Origin: Thermoplasmata archaeon
GTDB lineage: Archaea; Thermoplasmatota; DTKX01; JAHFTX01
DNA: 64,000 bases
Direction: 5' to 3'
NCBI GenBank assembly: GCA_023265395.1
Contig: JAHFTX010000009.1
Location: 12,308-76,307 of the forward strand
Position numbers and translations under genes: made by a program. Under the pieces are notes generated by a model. That model was not told the origin of the DNA. It did not search any database and was given only the letters and a program-made list of their open reading frames with translations. Shown here piece after piece: positions 46,812 through 55,303 of the stretch; position 1 is the first letter of the stretch; every line of letters starts with the position of its first letter.

Positions 46812-47930
46812 ATGACCCGCTGCGACGTGCTCGTCGTCGGGGGCGGTCCGGCTGGCAGCTGCGCCGCCTGGGCTGCCGCTGGCGCTGGTGCCTCGACGAT
46901 CCTGGTCGAACGCAAGAAGAGGTACGGGGTGCCCGTGCAATGCGGGGAGTACTTCCCCACCTTGGCGACGAGCATGCAGATGATGCCCCGGGCCACCGGG
47001 CTGCCGGAGCTGATGGGGCTGGTGGAGGACCACTGTGCCCGTGCCTCACCGACCCTGGACATCCTCTCCCCCCGCGGTCGGCGCTACAGCCTGCCCTTCT
47101 CGGGGATGGGGATCTTCCGCGACCGTTTCGAAGCAGCGCTGGCGGCACGGGCGCACGATGTCGGGGCGCAGACCCACACCGGGGTGACCGTCCGTCGGAT
47201 CGAGGGCCTCCTCGGTGGCGGCCCCGTGGAGGTGGAGACCAACAGGCTCGGGACCATCTCCGCCAACGTGGTCATCGGTGCCGATGGCCCGCAATCGCTG
47301 GTGCGGCGCACCTTGGGCCTGCCAGACCCGCAGATCCTCGCTCCGTGTGCGCAGTTCGGCTTCGCCGGGGAGTTCTCCGATGCCACCGAGCTGTACTTTG
47401 GCGAGGTCGCTCCCGGTGGCTATGCGTGGGTGATTCCCAAGTGCGACGGCGCCAACATCGGTGTTGGGGTGCAGCCGCAGTTCAGCCGCATGCCGCTGCG
47501 CAAGGTCCTCGAGCACTTCTTGCGTCGTCTGGGGCTGCAGGATACCACGCCCATCTACGGCAACGGCGGCTGGGTCCCCTGCAGCGGCCCGATCCATTCG
47601 ACCGCGAAGGGGCGAGCGCTGCTGGCGGGCGACGCCGCCGGGATGGTCATGGCCTCCAACGGGGGAGGCATGCTCACGGCGATGCTCGCCGGGCGCGAGG
47701 CTGGACGTACCGCGGCCGACCACCTTCACCATGGGATCGCGTTGTCGACGTATGAGGTGCGTTGGAAGGAGCAGATGGGGGACCTCCTCCACCACTCCTT
47801 GGTCACCAAGCAGCTCGCCGACCGCTTCTTCGGCAATGACCGTATCTTGGAGCTGATCATGCGCCTGATGGGACCCAGGGCGATGCTCCGGGCCGTCTCC
47901 TGCAAACGCCTCTACCCTTTCCTCCCTTGA
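46812..47930 (+). CDS. Geranylgeranyl reductase family flavoprotein (digeranylgeranylglycerophospholipid reductase-like)
   Basis: MTRCDVLVVGGGPAGSCAAWAAAGAG is an FAD-binding GxGxxG motif, with RALLAGDAAGMV near the C-terminal FAD motif. Lies 8 nt after the polyprenyl synthase stop. Confidence 0.88.
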   Translation: MTRCDVLVVGGGPAGSCAAWAAAGAGASTILVERKKRYGVPVQCGEYFPTLATSMQMMPRATGLPELMGLVEDHCARASPTLDILSPRGRRYSLPFSGMGIFRDRFEAALAARAHDVGAQTHTGVTVRRIEGLLGGGPVEVETNRLGTISANVVIGADGPQSLVRRTLGLPDPQILAPCAQFGFAGEFSDATELYFGEVAPGGYAWVIPKCDGANIGVGVQPQFSRMPLRKVLEHFLRRLGLQDTTPIYGNGGWVPCSGPIHSTAKGRALLAGDAAGMVMASNGGGMLTAMLAGREAGRTAADHLHHGIALSTYEVRWKEQMGDLLHHSLVTKQLADRFFGNDRILELIMRLMGPRAMLRAVSCKRLYPFLP

Positions 47931-47952
47931 TGTGGCGGTATCGCTGCCGAGA

Positions 47953-49170
47953 ATGACAGCGCCTCCCTCATGTAATTCCCAGCATCCTGAGCGGTCCGTG
48001 CCATCGGAGCCTCCCAATCCCGCCGCGCCCCCGGCTCCCAGGGTGCTGGAGCCCCCTGCCCTCCCTGGCACGATCGACCCGTGGCAGTTCTACTACCACA
48101 CCAACGACCTGATGGTGATCGGCAACCTCGGTGGTCGGTTCCTGGCGACCAACCCCGCTTGGGAGCGCACGCTGGGCTGGACGGAAGCCGAACTCACCTC
48201 GCGGCCCTGGAGTGACTTCGTCCACCCTGACGACCTGGCATCGAGCCAGGCCGCCGCAGGGCGCCTGGAGGGGGAGGACCTGCTGTTCTTCGAGAACCGG
48301 TTCCGTACCCGCGATGGGGGGTGGCGCCACCTCGCCTGGCACGCGACCCGGCCCATCGATGGCCACACCTACGGCGTCGCCAGGGACATCACCTTCCAGC
48401 ATCACGCCTACGAAGCCCAGCGCAGCTTGCGCCACGCCACCGAGTCGAGCTCGCGCAAGTCCCAGTTCGTCGCCATGACCAGCCACGAGATGATCACCCC
48501 GCTCAACGCGCTGCTGGGCTTCCTGCACAGGGTCCTCGACCACCCGTCGGCGCAGCTGGATCACCGCGACCGCGCCAACCTGCTCTCGGCGCTGCGCAAC
48601 GGGCTGGCGCTCGAGCAGCTGACCAGGGACCTGCTGGACCTCTCCAAGGTCGAGGCCGGTCGTCTCGAGCTGCATCTGTCCGAGGTCGACCTGCCGACGC
48701 TCATCGAAGAGGTCCTTGCCGACGTCGGCGATGCCGCTAACACGAACGCGGTCACGCTCACCTCCACCTGCCCCCCGCTGCCCCTCCACACCGATCGTGC
48801 ACGGGTGCGACAGATCCTGCTCAACCTGCTGCGGAACGCCGTAGCCTTCTCGGCCGGTGGCACCGTCCGCCTCGATGCCACGATCGAACCGCACGGTGGG
48901 GTGACCATCGCGATCACGGACGACGGCGTGGGGGTCGACCCCGCCCGCCTCTCCCAGATCTTCGAGCCGTACTTCCGCTGGGATTCGGCGAAGACTCCCT
49001 CTCGGCCGGGGGCGGGCCTGGGGTTGACCATCAGTCGTCACTTCGCCCGAGCCCTGGGGGGAGACTTGGTCGCGAACTCCGTCTCGGGGAGTGGGAGCAC
49101 CTTCTCGCTCACCCTGCCTCCCCAGCCGCCTGCTGGTGCAACCATGCCCCTGCCTCGCCTCGATGGCTAG
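47953..49170 (+). CDS. Cytoplasmic PAS-domain sensor histidine kinase (no TM, no adjacent response regulator)
   Basis: PAS segment NPAWERTLGWTEAELTSRPWSDFVHPDDL...RFRTRDGGWRHLAW. H-box FVAMTSHEMITPLNALLGF. HATPase_c motifs LLNLLRNAVAF, DDGVGV and GAGLGLTISR. The start could also be GTG 47932, 1 nt after the reductase stop. Confidence 0.85.
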   Translation: MTAPPSCNSQHPERSVPSEPPNPAAPPAPRVLEPPALPGTIDPWQFYYHTNDLMVIGNLGGRFLATNPAWERTLGWTEAELTSRPWSDFVHPDDLASSQAAAGRLEGEDLLFFENRFRTRDGGWRHLAWHATRPIDGHTYGVARDITFQHHAYEAQRSLRHATESSSRKSQFVAMTSHEMITPLNALLGFLHRVLDHPSAQLDHRDRANLLSALRNGLALEQLTRDLLDLSKVEAGRLELHLSEVDLPTLIEEVLADVGDAANTNAVTLTSTCPPLPLHTDRARVRQILLNLLRNAVAFSAGGTVRLDATIEPHGGVTIAITDDGVGVDPARLSQIFEPYFRWDSAKTPSRPGAGLGLTISRHFARALGGDLVANSVSGSGSTFSLTLPPQPPAGATMPLPRLDG

Positions 49171-49241
49171 CCGACCGTTTCACTGCTGGCGCGAGAGAAG
49201 GCTCATGTAGCGCCCCTCTGCCTGCCGCGGCCGGGGCCCTC

Positions 49242-51197
49242 ATGGCGGAGACACGACTAGGCGACCTGCTGCTGCGGTGGTGTGACCGTTGTGACCTGCC
49301 GGTGCTCAAGGAGCACTGGTGTGGGCGGTGCGATGGGCGCACGGTGCGGGTGCGGATCACCCCCCCCGGCGACGTCCGGCCCGCCTTCGCAGGTGACCTC
49401 GAGCTCCTTCGTAAGGTCATGCAGCGGCAGTTCGGCGTCGACCTGCTTCCCACCGACCGGGTGATCCTGCTCAACCGCTGCCCCGCCATCGATCGGTGCG
49501 ACGAGGTCATCGTCGACGGCAAGGTCTGGGGCAACCTCACCTTCCTGCCCCCCGACCGCTATGTCTTCCGCCCGCGGGTCTACTTCGCACGCACCTTTGC
49601 GCAACGGCTCCGCCGCGGCTGGGTCCAGGCTGCAGAGGACGCGATCCCCTTCGTGCTCTCGGGCACCTCGCTGCTGGCGATCGGCGTCGACTCGGCCGAT
49701 GCGAGTCTGCGTGCCAAGGACGAGGTGGTGGTCGTCGACTCGCGCCACCGGGCCATCGGGGTCGGTACGGCCCTGCTCGATGGCCCCGCCTTGGTCCGCA
49801 CCACCAAAGGCAAGGGGGTGCGCGTGCGGGCGCACCTGCACGTCCTCGAGGACCGCGACCGCCGCCCGGGCGGACCCACGCCCAAGCCCAGCACCTGGAC
49901 GGATGTCGTCGAAGCGAACCAGCGTTTCCTCGAACGCTCACTGCGACGCGGCGTCGACTTCGTCCATGCGACCATGGCTTCGGTGCGCAAGCCCATCGCG
50001 GTCAGCCTCTCGGGAGGCAAGGACAGCCTTGCGACGCTGCTGGTGTGCTTGGCAGCTGGCACCCGCCCGTCGGTGCTCTTCATCGACACGGGGCTAGAAT
50101 TCCCTGAGACGGTCGCCCATGTCCACGAGGTCGTCGCCCGGTACGACCTGAAGCTGCTGCAGCGCAAGGCGGGGGACCAGTTCTGGGATTCGCTGGCCTA
50201 CTTCGGCCCTCCGGGGAAGGACTACCGCTGGTGCTGCAAGGCCATCAAGCTCGGCCCGATCGTCTCGATGATCGAGGAGCACTTCCCCACGGGTGTGCTC
50301 ACCTTCATCGGGCAGCGGCGCTACGAGAGCTCGGCCCGAGCGGCGCATGGTGCCGTCTGGCGCAACCCTTGGGTCGAGAAGCAGGTCGGGGCCTCTCCCA
50401 TCCAGGATTGGACCGCGCTGCACGTGTGGCTCTATCTGATGCAGCAGGGCGTGCCGGTCAATCCCTGGTACGAGAAGGGCATGGAGCGGATCGGCTGTTT
50501 CATGTGTCCGGCATCGAGCCTGGCCGACCTCGATACTGTCCGCCGCACCTACCCCGGGATGGAGCGTTGGGATTCGGCCCTCGAGGCACATGCCCAGCGA
50601 CAGGGCCAGCCGCAGGCCTACACCGACTACGCGCTCTGGCGCTGGAAGACCCTGCCCGAGGGGATGACGCAGCTGCTCTCGCCGGGTGAGCTGGCGGCCT
50701 CGCTGACCGCACGCACCCGCCCGATGGCGGTCAGTGGCGGCGTGCCGCTGGAGTTCCACAGCGCCGGAGGCTACGAGCCTTGCATCGGCGGCGTCTCGCG
50801 CGAGGGGGCCTTCACCAAGGCGATCCAGATGGAGCGGGCCTCAAACTTCCTGGTGGTGCTCGGGCCCATCGAGCGCGACGAGCATGGCATCAGCGTCACC
50901 CAGGAGGGCATCGAAGTGTTCGCCGAGGGGGCCGTCATCTCCCGCGGTGCCGACACGCAGCGTGTCGATTCGCAGATGACCGATGCCGTCGACCAGATCT
51001 TCCGGGCCATCGATTGCATCGGCTGCGGGGTGTGCGTGGGCAAGTGCCCCACCGAGAGCGTCTCGATGCGCGACAACCTCGCGTGGATCGACGAGGAGAC
51101 CTGCGTCCACTGCAACAAGTGCATGGACAAGTGCCCCATCACCAGCTTCTCGCCGGCGATGAAGTTCAAGGACTGGGAGTTCACCCCCCAGGAGTAG
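49242..51197 (+). CDS. Fusion protein: Zn-ribbon plus PUA-like domain plus PP-loop ATP pyrophosphatase (PAPS reductase family) plus 2x[4Fe-4S] ferredoxin
   Basis: CDRCDLPV...CGRCDG zinc ribbon. PUA-like VVVVDSRHRAIGVGTALLDGP...KGKGVRVR. PP-loop AVSLSGGKDSLATL with IDTGLEFPET and YRWCCKAIK (PAPS reductase family). C-terminal CIGCGVCVGKCP and CVHCNKCMDKCP. Confidence 0.8.
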   Translation: MAETRLGDLLLRWCDRCDLPVLKEHWCGRCDGRTVRVRITPPGDVRPAFAGDLELLRKVMQRQFGVDLLPTDRVILLNRCPAIDRCDEVIVDGKVWGNLTFLPPDRYVFRPRVYFARTFAQRLRRGWVQAAEDAIPFVLSGTSLLAIGVDSADASLRAKDEVVVVDSRHRAIGVGTALLDGPALVRTTKGKGVRVRAHLHVLEDRDRRPGGPTPKPSTWTDVVEANQRFLERSLRRGVDFVHATMASVRKPIAVSLSGGKDSLATLLVCLAAGTRPSVLFIDTGLEFPETVAHVHEVVARYDLKLLQRKAGDQFWDSLAYFGPPGKDYRWCCKAIKLGPIVSMIEEHFPTGVLTFIGQRRYESSARAAHGAVWRNPWVEKQVGASPIQDWTALHVWLYLMQQGVPVNPWYEKGMERIGCFMCPASSLADLDTVRRTYPGMERWDSALEAHAQRQGQPQAYTDYALWRWKTLPEGMTQLLSPGELAASLTARTRPMAVSGGVPLEFHSAGGYEPCIGGVSREGAFTKAIQMERASNFLVVLGPIERDEHGISVTQEGIEVFAEGAVISRGADTQRVDSQMTDAVDQIFRAIDCIGCGVCVGKCPTESVSMRDNLAWIDEETCVHCNKCMDKCPITSFSPAMKFKDWEFTPQE

Positions 51198-51202
51198 GTC
51201 CA

Positions 51203-52366
51203 TCAGGTGACGATGTCGGGCAGGCGCCCCTGCGCGGCGGCCGTGGCGATCTCCTTGGCGATCCGGCGGCCGGTGGACATGGGCTTGCGCCAGAGGCTGT
51301 TGCCGTAAGGGTGCCCCAGCGCCATGTGGACGTTGGTCCCCCCGCCGACCCGTGGTGCGACGTCGTAGATCCAGAACCCCAGGTCCTTGTCGACGCAGGT
51401 CTGCAGGCAGAAGGGCCCGATGATCCCCGGTGCATGGTGCCGTGCCGCCGCCTCGACCCACGCCTCTGCAAGTTCGTAGGCCCGCTGCAGCAGGCTCTCA
51501 CGCAGCGTCGCGCTGTTGTGCCCGCAGACCGTGTACTCGGGCACCGCCTGGGGTCCTTCGAGGCTCAGCTGCTGCGCGGCCGGAAGCCGCACATGGCCGT
51601 CGAGGGAGGTCTCGAAGCGCCAGTCGATGCCCAGCAGCTCGATGGGTTCGGCCTGGTGCTCGAGGGGGGAGTAGAAGAAGTTGAGGTTGAAGACCGGACC
51701 GATGACGTAGCGCTCGATGCGGGCGAGGTCGAGGTCCTGCTGGGTGATGACCCCGCTGCGGATCAGTCCCGTCGCCTTCTCGAGGAACTGCTCGTAGGTC
51801 GCGGCGGTGAAGAAGCCCCGCTCGAGGGCCTTCTGCGCGTGGCGGAGCTTGACGATCACCAGGCCGTCGATCTCCTCGGGGCTCGCCACCGGCTCGGGGA
51901 AGGGCAGCCCAGCCTTCTCGAGCAACCAGTAGTAGTCCTTCTCGCTGCCGCGCTCCTCCGATGCCAGCAGCGCGCGGCTACCAAAGAGGGGGACGTCCCA
52001 CTGCTCCTCGATGGCACTGGCACCGCAGTAGGAGGTGAAGCTGCGGTTGGGGACGAAGATGACGTTGGCATCGCGAAGGGCCTTGCGATGGTGCGGCGCC
52101 AGGACGTCCTTGAACGCCGGCAGCACGAGCGTCTGGTCGACGATGCCACGGCGCCGTTCTCCCTCCGGGGTGCGGGCAGTGCGCAGGAACCTGCTGTAGG
52201 GCGCGTCGCGTCCTCTCTGACAGACCACGAGCGTCGGCAGCCCTTCGTCGACCGCTCCGTCACAGAGGTCGAGGGCGCTGTGGGAACCGATGCAGCCGAG
52301 GGTGACCTTGCCGGCATCGTAGCGGGCAGCCAGCTGCTGCATCTGGCTGCGTTCGACCCCGACCAT
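51203..52366 (-). CDS. PurP-family ATP-grasp protein (second, divergent paralogue)
   Basis: VTLGCIGSHSALDLCDGAVDEGLPTLVV corresponds to the PurP N-terminal signature, with an ATP-grasp-like remainder. It is clearly diverged from the copy at 8236..9318. Confidence 0.8.
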   Translation of the reverse strand: MVGVERSQMQQLAARYDAGKVTLGCIGSHSALDLCDGAVDEGLPTLVVCQRGRDAPYSRFLRTARTPEGERRRGIVDQTLVLPAFKDVLAPHHRKALRDANVIFVPNRSFTSYCGASAIEEQWDVPLFGSRALLASEERGSEKDYYWLLEKAGLPFPEPVASPEEIDGLVIVKLRHAQKALERGFFTAATYEQFLEKATGLIRSGVITQQDLDLARIERYVIGPVFNLNFFYSPLEHQAEPIELLGIDWRFETSLDGHVRLPAAQQLSLEGPQAVPEYTVCGHNSATLRESLLQRAYELAEAWVEAAARHHAPGIIGPFCLQTCVDKDLGFWIYDVAPRVGGGTNVHMALGHPYGNSLWRKPMSTGRRIAKEIATAAAQGRLPDIVT

Positions 52367-52441
52367 CCCACCACCTCTGAGCGAGGCGCCATGCGCGCAG
52401 AGCGCTCAAAAGGCTGCCGGGCTGGGCGCCCGGCGTTGCGC

Positions 52442-53314
52442 CTAGGTGTAGATGGCCTGGCCCTTGGCCTTGGAGCGCAAGTACCCCGCGAAGGCCGCCC
52501 AGGCGCCATAGAGCACGATGAAGATGATTCCCATCAGCAGGAGACTGTCGACCAGGCCCTGGCGCACGGTGTGCGTGACGGTGTAGGTGACGCTCGGTTT
52601 GGTGTCGGGGACGTTGTTCGTGACGATCAGGTCGTACACGCCGAAGTTCTGCGGATCCTGAAGGTATTCGTCGTTGGAATAGGTGAAGAAGGTCGTCCCG
52701 TTGGGGGTGTCGATCGCGGTGTCTCCATCGGGGATGGGGTTGACGCTAGCCTCGGCGTCCTCCTCCTTGAAGATCTGCGCGCTGACGGGGTGGTCCTCGT
52801 TGACCTTGAAGGAGACCGAGGTGGTGTCGGTGAGCAGCAGCAGGTCCTGACTCTCCCACTCGAAGGTCTGATCCCCGTACTTGATCCCGTCCGTCCTCTG
52901 CTCCTTGAGCACCGACGCCGCAGGTCCCGAGCCGGGGAGCCACACGACCAGCAGCACGAGTATGACTGCGAGGACCACCGTCGTGATCGCCCCCTTGAGC
53001 GAGCCGTTGGCCAGGATGTAGCGCTGCGATTCACTCTCGGTGGCGTGGATCTCCATCGCTCGGAACGCGATGCCGGTCAGGGCCATCAGCAGCAGGGCGA
53101 AGAGTGTGTTGGTCAGCAGGATCCCCAACGGGAGCAGCGGCTGGTGCTTGAGGCCCTCATAGGGCGCCATGCCCGAACGGTATCCCATGAACCAGAGGAT
53201 GACCATCAGCAGGAATTCGACCAGGAGCAACAAGGTACGCGAACGGCGGATGAGCCGGATCTTTGGGCTGCCACCCGAGGGGTCGAAGTCGCCTTGGATG
53301 TCGCTGTAGGACAT
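52442..53314 (-). CDS. Hypothetical membrane protein (3 TM, extracellular beta-rich domain, C-terminal TM)
   Basis: Start set at ATG 53314 (MSYSDIQ), supported by a TATA-like box 27 nt upstream. TM segments are LLLLVEFLLMVILWFMGY, LGILLTNTLFALLLMALTGIAF, ITTVVLAVILVLLVVWL and LLLMGIIFIVLYGAWAAFAGY. Confidence 0.55.
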   Translation of the reverse strand: MSYSDIQGDFDPSGGSPKIRLIRRSRTLLLLVEFLLMVILWFMGYRSGMAPYEGLKHQPLLPLGILLTNTLFALLLMALTGIAFRAMEIHATESESQRYILANGSLKGAITTVVLAVILVLLVVWLPGSGPAASVLKEQRTDGIKYGDQTFEWESQDLLLLTDTTSVSFKVNEDHPVSAQIFKEEDAEASVNPIPDGDTAIDTPNGTTFFTYSNDEYLQDPQNFGVYDLIVTNNVPDTKPSVTYTVTHTVRQGLVDSLLLMGIIFIVLYGAWAAFAGYLRSKAKGQAIYT

Positions 53315-53336
53315 GGCCGTCAGTGGTCTTGGACGA

Positions 53337-53344
53337 TGATAAAG
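53337..53344 (-). promoter_or_regulatory. TATA-like box (minus strand CTTTATCA) for the 53314 gene
   Basis: Centred about 27 nt upstream of ATG 53314. Confidence 0.45.
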
Positions 53345-53364
53345 CCTTACTGCCACCGCCGTGG

Positions 53365-55245
53365 TCAGCCACGGAAGGTCGGCTGCTTCGAGAGCAGCCT
53401 GGGCAGGGCCAGGGGGGCGCTAGGGTACCCCTCGACCATCTCCAGCAGGCGCTTTCGCAGCTGTGGTAGGGTCAGCTGCTCGGGTTGGGTTCCGCGCCAG
53501 CGCACCGGCAGGGCTGCCCCGCCGACCTCCTTGTCACCAAAGACGACGATGGCGTTGACCCACGCCTGCTCCGCCTCGCGGATCTTCTTGCCGATGCTCT
53601 CGTCGCGATCGTCGACCTCCACGCGCAGCGGGAGCAACTCCTCGGCCATCTGCACGCAGGCTGCAACGTGCTCGGATTTGACCGGCAGCACCCGTACCTG
53701 CGTCGGGCTCAGCCACAGCGGGAGCGCCGGCTTGTCCTTCTTGAGCGCGTGCTCGAGGATCGCATACATCCAGCGCTCGATCGACCCGATGGAGCTGTGG
53801 CAGATGATGCACCCCCGCTCGGTGTTGGTGCTGTCGGTGTAGGTGATGCCGTAGCGCTCGGCATCCATCACGTCGAGCTGGACCGTGCTCAGCTGCAGGC
53901 ATCCGCCGACGCTGTCGATGCCGTTGAACTCGTGCTTGACCGCCCAGTAGTGCTTCATCTCCGAGAGGACCTCGATCAGTGCGGGCTGCCCGCTGGAGGC
54001 GAGCATCGCCACGATCCGGTCCTTGTGCTCGCGGTAGAACGAGTCGACGACCCGGAAGGCGATCGCGTAGGAGATCCCGGTGTCCTTGACGAACTCGTCG
54101 TAGGCATCGTAGAGGAGGCGGTACTCGTCCCAGCCGCTGGGCACGTCGGCGGTGAAGCAGTGGATGTCGGGCATGTGGAACGCCCGCAGGCGCTTGAGCC
54201 CGGAGAGTTCTCCGCGTTGCTCGAAGCGGAAGGACTTGGAGAACTCGTAGACCCGAAGCGGCAGGTTGCGGTAGCTGAGCGTCGCGTCCCCCAGCATGCG
54301 GAAGAGCCCGAAGTCGCCGGCGAAGCGCAGCACGAAGGTGCGCCCCTCGTCGGTGATGATCCGGTAGTGGCGCTCGTGGAAGGACTTGGCCTGTTCGTTG
54401 ATGTCCGGCTGGGCCCAGTCGTAGAGGATCGGGGTCTCGATCTGGACGCACCCGAGCCGGTCGCGGGCGATATCGGTGGCCCACTGGCGCAGCAGGTCGA
54501 ACACCAGGGCGCCCTTGGGGTAGAGTCGGAAGTGGCCGCTGTCGGAGGCCGGTTCGTAGTCGACAAGCTCGAGCGACTGCATCGCCTTGATCGAGGGCGG
54601 CTCCTTGCCCGCGACGCCCTTGCGCACCTCGCTGAGGACCAACGTGCGCAGCGGGGGGTAGTGCGCCAAGAGGGGGTCTTCCTCGATGGCGTCGGCGGGC
54701 GGAAGAGGGTGCTCACGGCCATCGGGAAGCAGGATCAGCAGGCGGCTGGTGATCGACGCGACGACCTCCTCGCGGGTCTGTGCGGCACCCGCAGGGTGGC
54801 CGACCTTGGCGTACTCAGCCTCGCCCAGCGTTCGGCTGCGTTCGGAGAGCGGGTGCCCCTTGCAGGCGATGTCGAAGGCCTTGTACCAACCGAAGGGGGC
54901 GTTGTGCACCTTCACCTGCGGCAGCGCGCCGACCTCGTGGCGCAGGCGTTGGAGGATCGCCACGGCGGTGGCCGGCGGAGCAAGGTCCGAGGAGAGGTGT
55001 GCGTATGGGTAGAGCACCAGGGTGTCCGCCTTGACCTCGCTTGCGGCATCCCCGATGACCTTGGTCGCCGCAGCGACCGCCTGGTCCTGGTGCGCGCCAT
55101 CGACCTTCTCGACGGAGAGGAAGACTACCAGCGCTGGCCCGGTGCTCCCTCCCTGCTCGCTGCCCGCCGGGAGCGGCTCGGCCACGGGGGTCTTCTGGGT
55201 GATGCGATAGGAGAAGCGGTCTGCGTGGATCAGCAGCAGGCGCAT
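53365..55245 (-). CDS. thrS: Threonyl-tRNA synthetase, archaeal type with N-terminal editing domain
   Basis: MRLLLIHADRFSYRITQKTP is the characteristic archaeal ThrRS editing-domain N-terminus. A class II core and anticodon-binding domain follow (ALPLWLSPTQVRVLPV). Start set at ATG 55245. Confidence 0.92.
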   Translation of the reverse strand: MRLLLIHADRFSYRITQKTPVAEPLPAGSEQGGSTGPALVVFLSVEKVDGAHQDQAVAAATKVIGDAASEVKADTLVLYPYAHLSSDLAPPATAVAILQRLRHEVGALPQVKVHNAPFGWYKAFDIACKGHPLSERSRTLGEAEYAKVGHPAGAAQTREEVVASITSRLLILLPDGREHPLPPADAIEEDPLLAHYPPLRTLVLSEVRKGVAGKEPPSIKAMQSLELVDYEPASDSGHFRLYPKGALVFDLLRQWATDIARDRLGCVQIETPILYDWAQPDINEQAKSFHERHYRIITDEGRTFVLRFAGDFGLFRMLGDATLSYRNLPLRVYEFSKSFRFEQRGELSGLKRLRAFHMPDIHCFTADVPSGWDEYRLLYDAYDEFVKDTGISYAIAFRVVDSFYREHKDRIVAMLASSGQPALIEVLSEMKHYWAVKHEFNGIDSVGGCLQLSTVQLDVMDAERYGITYTDSTNTERGCIICHSSIGSIERWMYAILEHALKKDKPALPLWLSPTQVRVLPVKSEHVAACVQMAEELLPLRVEVDDRDESIGKKIREAEQAWVNAIVVFGDKEVGGAALPVRWRGTQPEQLTLPQLRKRLLEMVEGYPSAPLALPRLLSKQPTFRG

Positions 55246-55270
55246 CGGCGCCAACACCACCGATGGCACC

Positions 55271-55278
55271 CATAAGGT
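55271..55278 (-). promoter_or_regulatory. TATA-like box (minus strand ACCTTATG) upstream of thrS
   Basis: Centred about 29 nt upstream of ATG 55245. Confidence 0.35.
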
Positions 55279-55303
55279 TTGGGGGGTGTGGGCCTCACGC
55301 GAC

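Noticed and set aside
50780-53842. 1020-aa plus-strand ORF spanning three annotated genes, and similar off-frame or antisense plus-strand ORFs (13395..14606, 14797..16527, 19412..20962, 20972..22216, 53485..55275, 55412..57721, 57815..59005)
   Set aside because: These overlap well-supported genes (PurP paralogue, ThrRS, TPR protein, thiolase, PurD, S8 protease) in other frames. Their composition is low-complexity and Arg/Gly/Pro-rich, with no motifs.
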